The notes beneath the pieces were generated by a model. The model worked only from the letters and a program-made list of their open reading frames with translations. It did not search any database and was not told where the DNA came from. Positions 16,431 through 25,152 of a DNA stretch of 64,000 nucleotides are shown one piece after another (within the stretch, counting starts at the first letter, position 1; every line of letters begins with the position of its first letter). Source of the DNA: an uncultured Dehalococcoidia bacterium. GTDB lineage: Bacteria; Chloroflexota; Dehalococcoidia; Lucifugimonadales; UBA1123. The DNA lies in NCBI GenBank assembly GCA_964640295.1, contig CAZXFX010000015.1, positions 32 to 64,031 on the forward strand. The letters are read 5' to 3'. A program made the translations under genes and the position numbers.

Positions 16431-17576
16431 ATGACACTCAGAGGAAAGACCGCGATTGTGGGCATTGGCGAGGTGCCGACGCGCAGACTGCTGGAAGGGC
16501 GCACCCTCTACGGACTTTGCGCCGAAGCCGCCGGATACGCCATTGCGGACTCAGGACTGCGAAAACAGGATATCAACGGGCTCGTCACCGACGGCGCGGC
16601 AGCCCCGGCCATGATGGCCGAGTACATCGGGATCAAGCCCACATTCGCCACCGGCGTCTCGATGCAGGGCGCGAGCGGCGCGTCCGCGACCACCGTAGCC
16701 GCCAGCGCAATCAACGCGGGTATGTGCGACACCGTCCTCGTAGTCATGGGCAACTCGCGTTCTTCGAGACCCGCGCCGAGCGGCGCTTCCGTTCGCTCTG
16801 AGTGGGAAGAACCTTATGGCATGGCGCCCGGAGCGGGAACAGGCTACGCCCTCATCTACAATCGGCACATGTACGAGTACGGCACTACTCAGGAGCAGAT
16901 GGCCAAGGTGGCGTCCGACCAGCGCTTCAATGCGCTGGAAAACGAAAACGCGGTATTCCACGGACAGCCCGCCAGCGTTCAGGATGTGCTCAATTCCAGG
17001 TACGTCAACTACCCGTTGCGCCTTCTGGAGTGCGTCATGCCCTGCGACGGAGCCGCGGCGCTGATCATAACCACCCCGGAACGAGCCAGATCTCTTCCCA
17101 ATCGTCCCGCCTACCTGCTCGGATCCGGAATGGAGCAGTCCAACGCCAACGTGTGGCAGAACGACAGGATTACCGAGACGCCTGTCGCCACCAGCGCTCG
17201 GCGGGCGTTCGAGATGGCGGGATACGGGCCGTCCGACATGCAGTTCGCGGAATTCTATGATTGATACACGATACTCGTGGCCGTGAGCCTCGAAGACGCC
17301 GGATTCGTCGCCAAGGGCGAGATTGGCCCGTTCTACGAATCCACCGACACTACATACAGAGGGACATTCCCGATCAATACGGATGGCGGTCAATTGTCGG
17401 GCGGTCAGCCCGGGCTGGCCGGCGGATTTAGGCACGTCATCGAGGGCGCCCGCCAGATAATGGGCAAGGCAGGAGTCAGGCAGGTGCTCCGAAACGACTT
17501 ATGTATGGTGAATGGTTGAGGCGGCACGGCGAGCGAAATGTGCTCGCTGGTCCTCGGGTCCGAGGATACGATCTAG
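16431..17576 (+). pseudogene. Thiolase-like (SCP2/Ltp-type, DUF35-associated) gene interrupted by two in-frame TGA codons (17262-17264, 17517-17519): pseudogene or recoded (Sec?) gene
   Basis: ORFs 16407..17264 and 17277..17519 are in the same frame. Reading through both TGAs to the TAG at 17574-17576 gives 381 codons, the normal thiolase-fold length. The result ends with a thiolase-like C-terminus ...VNG*GGTASEMCSLVLGSEDTI. GGAGG RBS lies before the ATG at 16431. Confidence 0.75.
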
Positions 17577-17650
17577 GAAGCTATTGGACGCAAGGGCAAA
17601 CCAATTTGCCCAGGCTGATCCCTGAACACCGAAGAACAGGAACTCAAAAG

Positions 17651-18067
17651 ATGACCACTCCATACGCTAAACCGCTCCCAGTCCCGATGAACGAGCGATT
17701 GTCGCGCCCTTTCTGGGACGCCGCCAAGAGCCGCGAACTTGCGTTGCCGAGATGTAAGACCTGCTCCAACATCTTCTTCTACCCGCGCGAGCGGTGCCCC
17801 AACTGCTTCTCAGACGACCTGGACTGGATACGAGTAAGCGGGCGGGGCAGGCTCTACTCGTACACGATAGTCCACCAGTCCGCGCATCCTGGTTTCCAGC
17901 CAGACACGCCGCACATATACGCGATAATCCAGCTAAACGAAGGCCCCAAGATGCCGTCCAGTCTGGTCGAGTGCGATATAGAAGACGCGCGAATAGATAT
18001 GCCTGTCGAAGCCCTCTTCGAAGACGTGTCAGAAGAATACACCCTCGTGAAATTCAGGCCCGCCTGA
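17651..18067 (+). CDS. DUF35 OB-fold/zinc-ribbon protein (thiolase partner)
   Basis: PFWDAAKSRELALPRCKTCSNIFFYPRERCPNCFSDDLDWIRVSGRGRLYSYTIVH is the canonical DUF35 rubredoxin-like Zn ribbon plus OB fold. Confidence 0.85.
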   Translation: MTTPYAKPLPVPMNERLSRPFWDAAKSRELALPRCKTCSNIFFYPRERCPNCFSDDLDWIRVSGRGRLYSYTIVHQSAHPGFQPDTPHIYAIIQLNEGPKMPSSLVECDIEDARIDMPVEALFEDVSEEYTLVKFRPA

Positions 18068-18076
18068 CTGAATATG

Positions 18077-18667
18077 TCAGCCTGTTTTGGCTATTTCCCT
18101 GTACAGCGTTCTATTTATCCACTCATTGACGCTCACGCCGCTTGCCGCGGCTTCAAGCGCTACTTGCCGATGGAGACTTGGCTCCAAACGCAGATTCAAG
18201 TCGCCCGAAAACGGACGCCTGGGCTCAACTCCATCTTCCTTGCACCAAGCCAAGTAGTCGTCAATGGACGCGCGGAATTCGCGTTTTAGCCCCTCCACGT
18301 CGTCCGCTTCAAACGTCGCTATAGGATACGAAGCCGCGTTGACGACCTCTCCGTGAAGCAATCCCACAGAATCATCATACTCGATCCTGGCAATATATCC
18401 CTTGTACTCCATCATGGTAGTAGCGCCTATATGATCCAGAAATTTGGCAATCGCGCGAACCGTCGCTCTGCCAGTTTCAGGGCCGGGATGAGGCTTGTGA
18501 ACAGTAATCCGCTCTCCTTCCTTGTTCAACCCTGCCCTTGATCCCGCTCGTTCTGATATATCCACTCCCGACGCCCTTAGCATGGACTCTATCTCGGTCC
18601 ATCTTATATCAGACGGCGTCGGGACTGTGTACATGCGCTGAAGGGTTCGACGGTGTCTTGTTCTCAT
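18077..18667 (-). CDS. hicAB: Single-ORF fusion of a HicA-family toxin domain and a HicB-family antitoxin domain
   Basis: Residues 1-85, IRWTEIESMLRASGVDISERAGSRAGL...ITVHKPHPGPE...VRAIAKFLDHIG, are HicA-like. Residues 86-196, MEYKGYIARIEYDD...FEADDVEGLKREFRASIDDYLAWCKEDGVEPRRPFSGDLNLRLEPSLHRQVALEAAASGVSVNEWI, are HicB with RHH. There is no stop codon between them. Confidence 0.8.
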   Translation of the reverse strand: MRTRHRRTLQRMYTVPTPSDIRWTEIESMLRASGVDISERAGSRAGLNKEGERITVHKPHPGPETGRATVRAIAKFLDHIGATTMMEYKGYIARIEYDDSVGLLHGEVVNAASYPIATFEADDVEGLKREFRASIDDYLAWCKEDGVEPRRPFSGDLNLRLEPSLHRQVALEAAASGVSVNEWINRTLYREIAKTG

Positions 18668-19042
18668 ACAAATTCATAATACTATGAGATGATATTGCAA
18701 TCTAGTCAGCTTGGAGAGTAGGAAGCGTCATAACCATGGAGCGCGCAACTTCGTAGGGGCATCCCTTATGGGCGCTCTGTTATCCCTATAACGTTTCGCG
18801 CGCCTATAAGATGTGTGTGTTTTCAACAGAATTATTGCAACCAGCCCAAGACTCTTGACAGCGCCTGATACTATGTAGGGGTATTATTGAGTCATCCTTC
18901 AGGAGTCCAGAGCTTTGAAATCTAACATTGATATGTTTCCTACGCATAACATCCTCAGAGCTTCGACCCTCAGAGCGATCCATTTTATTGGCGGCGAAGC
19001 CTCCAACGATCAAATAACGAAATTTCCATAGCCCATAGAAAT

Positions 19043-19552
19043 GTGGCGCCTGAACCTGATAACCAGATCAATACGGAAACGTCAAGGGATGATAGCGCTA
19101 TGACAAGTAACGATACTGTGATTAACAGCCTAAAATCGGAAATCCGACGTCTGGAAGATGAGAAGCGAATGATAGACGACAAGATTTCAGCCATTGCAAC
19201 GACGTTGCGACACTTCGAGAGCCAGGGGAATGGCGCGCAAAACCAATCGCCTTCATTCTTTGCGGAAGAGGACGGCCTCGCATCTCCAAGTTCAGTGAAA
19301 GATACGATCTACGAGATACTGAGAGACGAAAGCCCTCTTCATCGCAAAGATATATATGAACGACTACTGCAGAGAGGCGTACATATTGGCGGCAAAATGC
19401 CAGTCAACACTGTGGGGTCTCATCTCAGCAATGATGACAGATTCGAAAGCCTGGGCAACGGGGTATGGGATATAGCGGGGGTGTCGCGCAACGGCTTTGA
19501 TATCGGAATAGATAATGAGTGCGAAGACGATACCATTGATGTTCCATGGTAG
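19043..19552 (+). CDS. Coiled-coil + HARE-HTH domain protein with acidic C-terminal tail (RNAP delta-like architecture)
   Basis: SVKDTIYEILRDESPLHRKDIYERLLQRGVHIGGKMPVNTVGSHLSNDDRFESLGNGVWDI matches the HARE-HTH pattern. Acidic tail DNECEDDTIDVPW. Start is GTG 19043 or ATG 19100. Confidence 0.65.
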   Translation: MAPEPDNQINTETSRDDSAMTSNDTVINSLKSEIRRLEDEKRMIDDKISAIATTLRHFESQGNGAQNQSPSFFAEEDGLASPSSVKDTIYEILRDESPLHRKDIYERLLQRGVHIGGKMPVNTVGSHLSNDDRFESLGNGVWDIAGVSRNGFDIGIDNECEDDTIDVPW

Positions 19553-19640
19553 CCGTAAGGACTACGAGATAGGTAGTCAAATGTCATAGACGAAAGCCAA
19601 CAGGCGAACATCGAAAACCCCTTGTGAAAGGAGCCGGATC

Positions 19641-21956
19641 GTGGTCGAGAGCGGCAAACTCACAGCTTACCAAGAGAGTATCTTCACCGAAGAACAGGAC
19701 AAGCTTGAGTCTGTGATTCGATACATCGCCGAGCGCCACGTCAAGCTGGAACAGCAAAAACCGGCAGCGTGGGCTTCACGGACTGCCAAAGAAATCAAGG
19801 AAATCCTCAAGCGGCACTCCGATATCCTCTACGAGGGACTCGATCGTCCCTACTTCGGGCGAATAGACTTTCGCAGAGTAAAAGACGCCGATTCTTCTTC
19901 AAGCGCAAACGGCGGCGGCCCCGATCAGGATGTCGCTCCACTCGAAAGGATATACATAGGCATCAACATACCTGCTATGGATACCCTCGCCACAGGAATC
20001 GTGAGTTGGACCTCTCCTGTATCAGTACTCTGGTACAACCCCAACTATGAAGATACGGGATGGATCGCGCCCAAAGGCCATATCCGAGCCAAGTTGGATC
20101 TCAAACGCCATATCAAGGTGCGAGACGGGGAACTGGAAGACGTGACCGAACTGTTCCGTCGGCAGTTGCCCGCAGCCGACGTCGCAGAGCGCGATATGCT
20201 CACCGAAGCGTTGAGTGGAACTGGGACAGAAGATGGGCACCTGCAAATCATCGTAGAAACCATCGAGCCGGAACAGTACCAGAGTATCGCCAACGTCAGC
20301 GACAAGGTTCTCATAGTCCAGGGCGCCGCCGGAAGCGGCAAGAGTGAAATCGGGCTGCACCGAATCGCCTATCTGCTGTCTCCCTTCAACGACATCTCGG
20401 AATCTGAACGACCGACGCCAGATACCACGCTCTTCATCGGTCCGTCGCAGGCGTTTCTGGAGTATGCAGCCGATATTCTTCCCGGGCTGGGCGTTTCAGA
20501 GAACGTGGAGCAAACCAAGTTTAGCGACTGGCTCATGGGCAACTTGTCGGAGAGAATATCTGTCAAACCGAGAATATGGAACGATCTTCTGAACAACGGC
20601 TCGATGAGGCGATTCAACGAAGAGGCGGAGACGTTCAAGGGTTCCCTTGCGATGTCTGACGCTATCGAGAGGCGCGTGAATGGATTCGTGAACGAGACGA
20701 GACGGCGACTCAAGCGTTTGCCTGAACTCGTTGACGAGCTCGACAGACGAGTTCGCATATCCAGCGCCGAAATCGAGCGAGCCGTAAATGGCGCTCTGAG
20801 CGGAGCGGCCGATAGGCCGGAATTGAATCGGCGCAGGGAGAATTTCATCACCCAGATTACGGATATCGCCTACAACAGGGGGCGGTATGCTCAACGTACT
20901 CGGAACGCAAGGCTTTACGAAACGCGAGATACTCTGCGAAACCGCCTGGTGGAACCATGGTGCAACAAGCAGTGGAAACGGCTGGACTTCAGGGAAGAGT
21001 ACGTGTTGCTGCTGTCTGACGCCGATATAATGTCTCAGCAGTCTAAAGGAGCGCTCTCTCTGGAAAGCGCCCGCGAAATGGCGGAATCGGCGCGCCGCCG
21101 GTTGGCAGACGGATTCGACGACTCCGACCTGGGCGCGTTGGCGTACCTCGACCATCTGTTCAGCGGCACGATACAGGACAGATACCGGCACATCGTCGTT
21201 GACGAGGCGCAGGACATATCCCCCATCGAGTTCAAGCTGCTCAGCGTCGCTTCCTCCAACAACTGGTTCACCGTGCTTGGCGACACAGCCCAAAGGCTTA
21301 CTCCGTACCGCGGCGTCAGAACCTGGAAGCGCGACCTGATGCGCGTCTTCGGATTGTCCGATATAGAAGTCCAGCCGGCGCGCCGATCATACCGTTCAAA
21401 CAAGCGTATCACGCAGTTCAACAACAGGATACTCAGGACTTTCGACAAGAACATAGACGCTCCAATCCCATTCGAACGAGACGGTCACCGAGTTGAGTAC
21501 AACCGTCATCGGACTACTAGCGATATGTACCAGGCGGTGATTAGCGATATCTCTCGGGTTCGCGCGATGGACGGACTGGAAAACGCCGTAGTCGCCATTC
21601 TGGCAAGGGATACGAACAACCTGAATCGTTTCCAACGATTCTGCGCGGACACGGGTGCCAGAGGGATAACCCTGGTCGGCCAGGAAAGCTATGTTGACTC
21701 CCGAACAGTCTTGGCGCGTATCCCGGACGTCAAGGGGCTGGAGTACGACGCCGTCATCGTCATGGGAGTGAACGAGTCTTTCTCCGACACCACCTTCAAT
21801 AAGAAGTTGCTCTACATCGCCACCACCAGGGCTAAGCACCACCTCAGCATACACTGGTCAGGACGGCAGTCACCCATACTCAGAGCCATATCGGGCAGGG
21901 GCGTAACTTTGAACGACTTCACTCGCTCGAATAGATTGACGCGAAAGAAGCGATAG
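19641..21956 (+). CDS. helD: HelD-type UvrD-like helicase (DNA helicase IV / RNAP-recycling factor)
   Basis: HelD N-terminal signature RPYFGRIDF. Walker A QGAAGSGKSEIGLHRIAYLL, Walker B HIVVDEAQDISP, and C-terminal GLEYDAVIVMGV...LLYIATTRAKHHL. AAAGGAG RBS before GTG 19641. Confidence 0.85.
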   Translation: MVESGKLTAYQESIFTEEQDKLESVIRYIAERHVKLEQQKPAAWASRTAKEIKEILKRHSDILYEGLDRPYFGRIDFRRVKDADSSSSANGGGPDQDVAPLERIYIGINIPAMDTLATGIVSWTSPVSVLWYNPNYEDTGWIAPKGHIRAKLDLKRHIKVRDGELEDVTELFRRQLPAADVAERDMLTEALSGTGTEDGHLQIIVETIEPEQYQSIANVSDKVLIVQGAAGSGKSEIGLHRIAYLLSPFNDISESERPTPDTTLFIGPSQAFLEYAADILPGLGVSENVEQTKFSDWLMGNLSERISVKPRIWNDLLNNGSMRRFNEEAETFKGSLAMSDAIERRVNGFVNETRRRLKRLPELVDELDRRVRISSAEIERAVNGALSGAADRPELNRRRENFITQITDIAYNRGRYAQRTRNARLYETRDTLRNRLVEPWCNKQWKRLDFREEYVLLLSDADIMSQQSKGALSLESAREMAESARRRLADGFDDSDLGALAYLDHLFSGTIQDRYRHIVVDEAQDISPIEFKLLSVASSNNWFTVLGDTAQRLTPYRGVRTWKRDLMRVFGLSDIEVQPARRSYRSNKRITQFNNRILRTFDKNIDAPIPFERDGHRVEYNRHRTTSDMYQAVISDISRVRAMDGLENAVVAILARDTNNLNRFQRFCADTGARGITLVGQESYVDSRTVLARIPDVKGLEYDAVIVMGVNESFSDTTFNKKLLYIATTRAKHHLSIHWSGRQSPILRAISGRGVTLNDFTRSNRLTRKKR

Positions 21957-22003
21957 GCTATTGGGAACGACGGCGTCTCGAATATCGTTGACTACTGTAC
22001 TTA

Positions 22004-23416
22004 TTACGGCCCCGACTCCAAGGCGAGCCGATCCAGAAGCCGTATGCCCACGTCCGCTGCCCAGCCCATGAGAGTGGGATTGATCCACTCTATGTCATCT
22101 TCAGGAGAGTTTATCCGCGACAGATCGTTGGCCAGCGTAAACAGGACGGGTATGCCCGCTTCGTGAAACGGCGCATGATCGCTGCTCGCGCCCTGAGGCA
22201 GTCCTATTCTTGACGCCCTGGCGCCGATTTCCTCCACAATCTCATCGGCGAGAGACATCATCTCTCGGCTGCCTTCAAAGTCAAGACGGTCCCCCGACCC
22301 CGGCACGTCGAAATTCAACATAGCGATTGTATTTGCGATGTCGCGCTCGCTGAGAGCGGCCACATAGTGTCTGCTTCCGAACAGGCCAATCTCCTCCGCT
22401 CCGAACAGCGCGAACCTGACGCTGAACGGATATTCCTTGTCGGCGACAATCTCCGCCATGGTCATCGCCACCGACACGCCCGATCCATTGTCGTTCGCTC
22501 CCTGCGTATTGGGCGTGGTGTCGTAGTGCGCTCCGACGACCACCGTTTCGCCTGAATCCGAAGCGCCGCGCTTTTCCGCTATGACGTTTCTGGAATCCCG
22601 GGTGATCTGTTCGATTGATACGGTGGCCTCAGTCTCGCTCCGCTTCACCATGTCCAGAAGTTCGAGTCCGTCGGCTCTGGACAGCGACACGGCGGGTATG
22701 GTGGATTGGTCGTGGAAGAGCCCGCCGAAGTTCCCCTCAACGTTGTTGAAGATAATCGCGGCGACGGCGCCAGCCTCCGCCACGCGGGCGACTTTTTCCT
22801 GGAACGTTATCTCGCCGCGCTCGATCAGCGCGACCTTTCCATCGAATCCCTCGGCGGGAATGTCTTCCTCGAATGCCTTTCCCGCGTCCGCCAATATCCC
22901 TGTTTCGGTTCCGTGTATTGATTCGACAATCTGGAATGTCCTTATCGAATCGCTGGGACCTGAATCTGTTGAGAAACTTACTTCAGCCACAAGCGTCTGG
23001 GTCTCAAAGTCCTGAATATAAACATCGTAACCAAATCCCTCCAGCCGATTCCTGAGAAAGTGCGCCGCGGCCAGTTCCTCGTCCGTCGCGCTCTCTCTGG
23101 GGCTGAATTCCTCAGTCAGGTATTGCAGAAACGAAAACGCCTTCTCTTCCAGAACAGCGTCTGCGGGCTGCGCCGCGGGCGTTGGAATCGGGGTCGAGGT
23201 CGGCGGCGCCGTAGTTGGCGATGGCTGAGCGGGAATTGCGGTCGAGGTTGGTTCTGGGGTTGGCGATGGCGGAACAGGAGTGGAGGTGGGTAGTGGCGAA
23301 GCCGTGGGCGGCGCGTTTGTGGGTGATGGGGTAGGGGATTCCGCAGCCTGCCCTCCGCAAACTATCGAAACCAGCGCCACCACGACGAGCATCGGCAGCG
23401 CCATGCGTATCTTCAT
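22004..23416 (-). CDS. M28-family aminopeptidase with PA domain, N-terminal signal/lipobox and Pro/Thr/Ser-rich linker
   Basis: Zn ligand motifs VVGAHYDTTPNTQGANDNGSGVS and ALFGAEEIGLFGSRHY. Signal MKIRMALPMLVVVALVSIVCGG. The ORF-track start at 23599 is probably too early. Confidence 0.8.
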   Translation of the reverse strand: MKIRMALPMLVVVALVSIVCGGQAAESPTPSPTNAPPTASPLPTSTPVPPSPTPEPTSTAIPAQPSPTTAPPTSTPIPTPAAQPADAVLEEKAFSFLQYLTEEFSPRESATDEELAAAHFLRNRLEGFGYDVYIQDFETQTLVAEVSFSTDSGPSDSIRTFQIVESIHGTETGILADAGKAFEEDIPAEGFDGKVALIERGEITFQEKVARVAEAGAVAAIIFNNVEGNFGGLFHDQSTIPAVSLSRADGLELLDMVKRSETEATVSIEQITRDSRNVIAEKRGASDSGETVVVGAHYDTTPNTQGANDNGSGVSVAMTMAEIVADKEYPFSVRFALFGAEEIGLFGSRHYVAALSERDIANTIAMLNFDVPGSGDRLDFEGSREMMSLADEIVEEIGARASRIGLPQGASSDHAPFHEAGIPVLFTLANDLSRINSPEDDIEWINPTLMGWAADVGIRLLDRLALESGP

Positions 23417-23611
23417 ATATTCAGGCGTCAAGTCGAGGTCTCCGTCTGTGTACTGGTTCTTATAGATACGGACTGCCTCACGCAAGTAGTTTTTCTGGCT
23501 CGGGCGAAACAGAGCGAACAGGGCGCGCGAATACGATTGAGCGGTTATTCGCCCTGCCCAGAGTGGCTGGCTCGAACGTGACGCAATTGTTGGCGGCAAA
23601 CGCAGACGGCC

Positions 23612-24937
23612 CTACCTGAACAAAGCCGCCGGCCTCTCCACCGTCGCCTGAAGTCTTCGCATGAAATTGGCGGCCATCGCTCCGTCTATCACCTGGTGAT
23701 CGGCGGTCAGACTCAGTGTCATCATCTCGCGTATTACTATCTCGCCGCGCGCCACGACCGGCTTCTGCACACTGCGCCCGACGCCCAGGATACCGCTCTG
23801 CGGCCTGTTCAGAATCGGCGTAAAGCCATCTACTACTCCCAGCACGCTGATAGTAAACGTGCCGCCCAGAACGTCGTCGGGGGATAATGAGCCGCCACGC
23901 GCCTTTATCGCCATCTCATGGGTAGCGGTGGATATTTGGTAGATGTCCATGTTGCCTACGTCGCGCAGCACCGGAACGATAAGCCCATCGTCCAGCGCTA
24001 CTGCGACCCCGATGTTTACCTGGTCGAAGTAATGTATCGCGTCGTTCGCCAAGACTGTGTTCATAACTGGGATGCGCTTCAGGGTTTCGGAGCACGCCTT
24101 TATGAGTACGTGAGCGATAGTGAGGGTCGTGTCATGCTTGACAGATGCCTCGCGTCTCAGCCGCTGCGCCTCGGTAACGTCAACCTCCTGAAAATACGAT
24201 AGCTGCGCCGTACTTCTCAGGCTTTCGCTCATGTGTTGAGCTATACTGCGCCTCATTCCGCTCAGTGGCTCGCTTCTCGATGGCTCCGGAAGTCCCGGAG
24301 GCATCGCGGGGGCTTTTTCGGCGTCCCTGCTCTCCGCGAACGCGCGAACATCCGCCTCCACTACTCGACCACGAGGTCCAGTGGGATTAACCTGAGAGAT
24401 GTCCACGCTGAGACTGGCTGCGAGACGACGCGCTCCGGGCGTGGAGGGAGTGACCGCGGGCGCCGCCTTCCGCTGCTCGTCGAACGCCCTGACATCCGCC
24501 TCCACCACTCTCCCGCGCGGTCCTGTGGGCGTGACTTGAGAGATGTCCACGCTGAGGTTGGCTGCGAGACGACGCGCTCCGGGCGTGGAACGAACCGCGT
24601 CTCCGCCTGCGCCGCGACCGCGAGACTGTCCTCTTCTGGGCGATGGTCGTCTTGCCTCGCGCGCTGAAGCGGACCGAGCCTGGGCGGCGGGAGCGTCTTC
24701 GCCTTCTTCCAGCACATAACCGATGAGGTCGTCCACCGCCACGGTCGCCCCTGCGTCCACCACGGGATGGAATATGCCGCCCGCGACCGATTCCAGGTCA
24801 TAGTTCAGCTTTTCCGTCTCTATCTCGGCGATCACTTCGCCCTGGCTAATCTCGTCCCCTTGGGACTTGGCAAGGCTGATCACTGTTCCCTCAGTCATGA
24901 AGTCGCCCAGTCTGGGCATGACTATCGGAGTTGCCAC
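23612..24937 (-). CDS. 2-oxoacid dehydrogenase E2 (dihydrolipoamide acyltransferase) with one lipoyl domain and two peripheral-subunit-binding domains
   Basis: Lipoyl motif EIETEKLNYDLES. Two copies of PGARRLAA(N/S)LSVDISQV(T/N)PTGPRGRVVEADVRAF. Catalytic LSLTADHQVIDGA. Confidence 0.9.
   Translation of the reverse strand: MATPIVMPRLGDFMTEGTVISLAKSQGDEISQGEVIAEIETEKLNYDLESVAGGIFHPVVDAGATVAVDDLIGYVLEEGEDAPAAQARSASAREARRPSPRRGQSRGRGAGGDAVRSTPGARRLAANLSVDISQVTPTGPRGRVVEADVRAFDEQRKAAPAVTPSTPGARRLAASLSVDISQVNPTGPRGRVVEADVRAFAESRDAEKAPAMPPGLPEPSRSEPLSGMRRSIAQHMSESLRSTAQLSYFQEVDVTEAQRLRREASVKHDTTLTIAHVLIKACSETLKRIPVMNTVLANDAIHYFDQVNIGVAVALDDGLIVPVLRDVGNMDIYQISTATHEMAIKARGGSLSPDDVLGGTFTISVLGVVDGFTPILNRPQSGILGVGRSVQKPVVARGEIVIREMMTLSLTADHQVIDGAMAANFMRRLQATVERPAALFR
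24348..24589. repeat. Tandem duplication inside the E2 gene (two 98-nt copies, 144-nt period) encoding the duplicated PSBD
   Basis: 24348-24445 versus 24492-24589 are near-identical at the nucleotide level (read directly). Confidence 0.85.
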
Positions 24938-24993
24938 GGGTCGCTCCTTGTTAGTCTTTAGTTCGTAGTTGTCAGTCTTTAGAGATTACCTTA

Positions 24994-25075
24994 AAAATCC
25001 ATTCCCACTTAACGGGATCACAAGAGTAGGCAAACAACGCCAACCGCTCGCAAAACGCCCTTCAATAGTTTTGCG
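24994..25075. repeat. REP-like repeat copy in the E2/E1beta intergenic gap
   Basis: AAAATCCATTCCCAC...GATCACAAGAGTAGGCAAACAACGCCAACCGCTCGCAAAACGCCCTTC aligns with the 7327-7440 units. Confidence 0.7.
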
Positions 25076-25152
25076 ATAGTGTCTTTAATGAATATCCGTC
25101 GGCAGTCAGCCCTCAGTTCTCTCCAATCTAAGAACTAACGACTAACCACTAA

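Noticed and set aside
16431-17576. Global TGA reassignment (genetic code 4/25) as the explanation for the in-frame TGAs
   Set aside because: Many well-supported genes in the window terminate at TGA (modA, nuoA, nuoD, nuoJ, nuoM and others), and long ORFs are otherwise intact under the standard code.
18933-19031. 32-aa ORF MFPTHNILRASTLRAIHFIGGEASNDQITKFP resembling the start of a winged-helix (Mrr_N/HARE-like) domain
   Set aside because: It is too short and ends in a stop, with no continuation in any frame. It is probably a gene remnant in the AT-rich gap between hicAB and the HARE-HTH gene.
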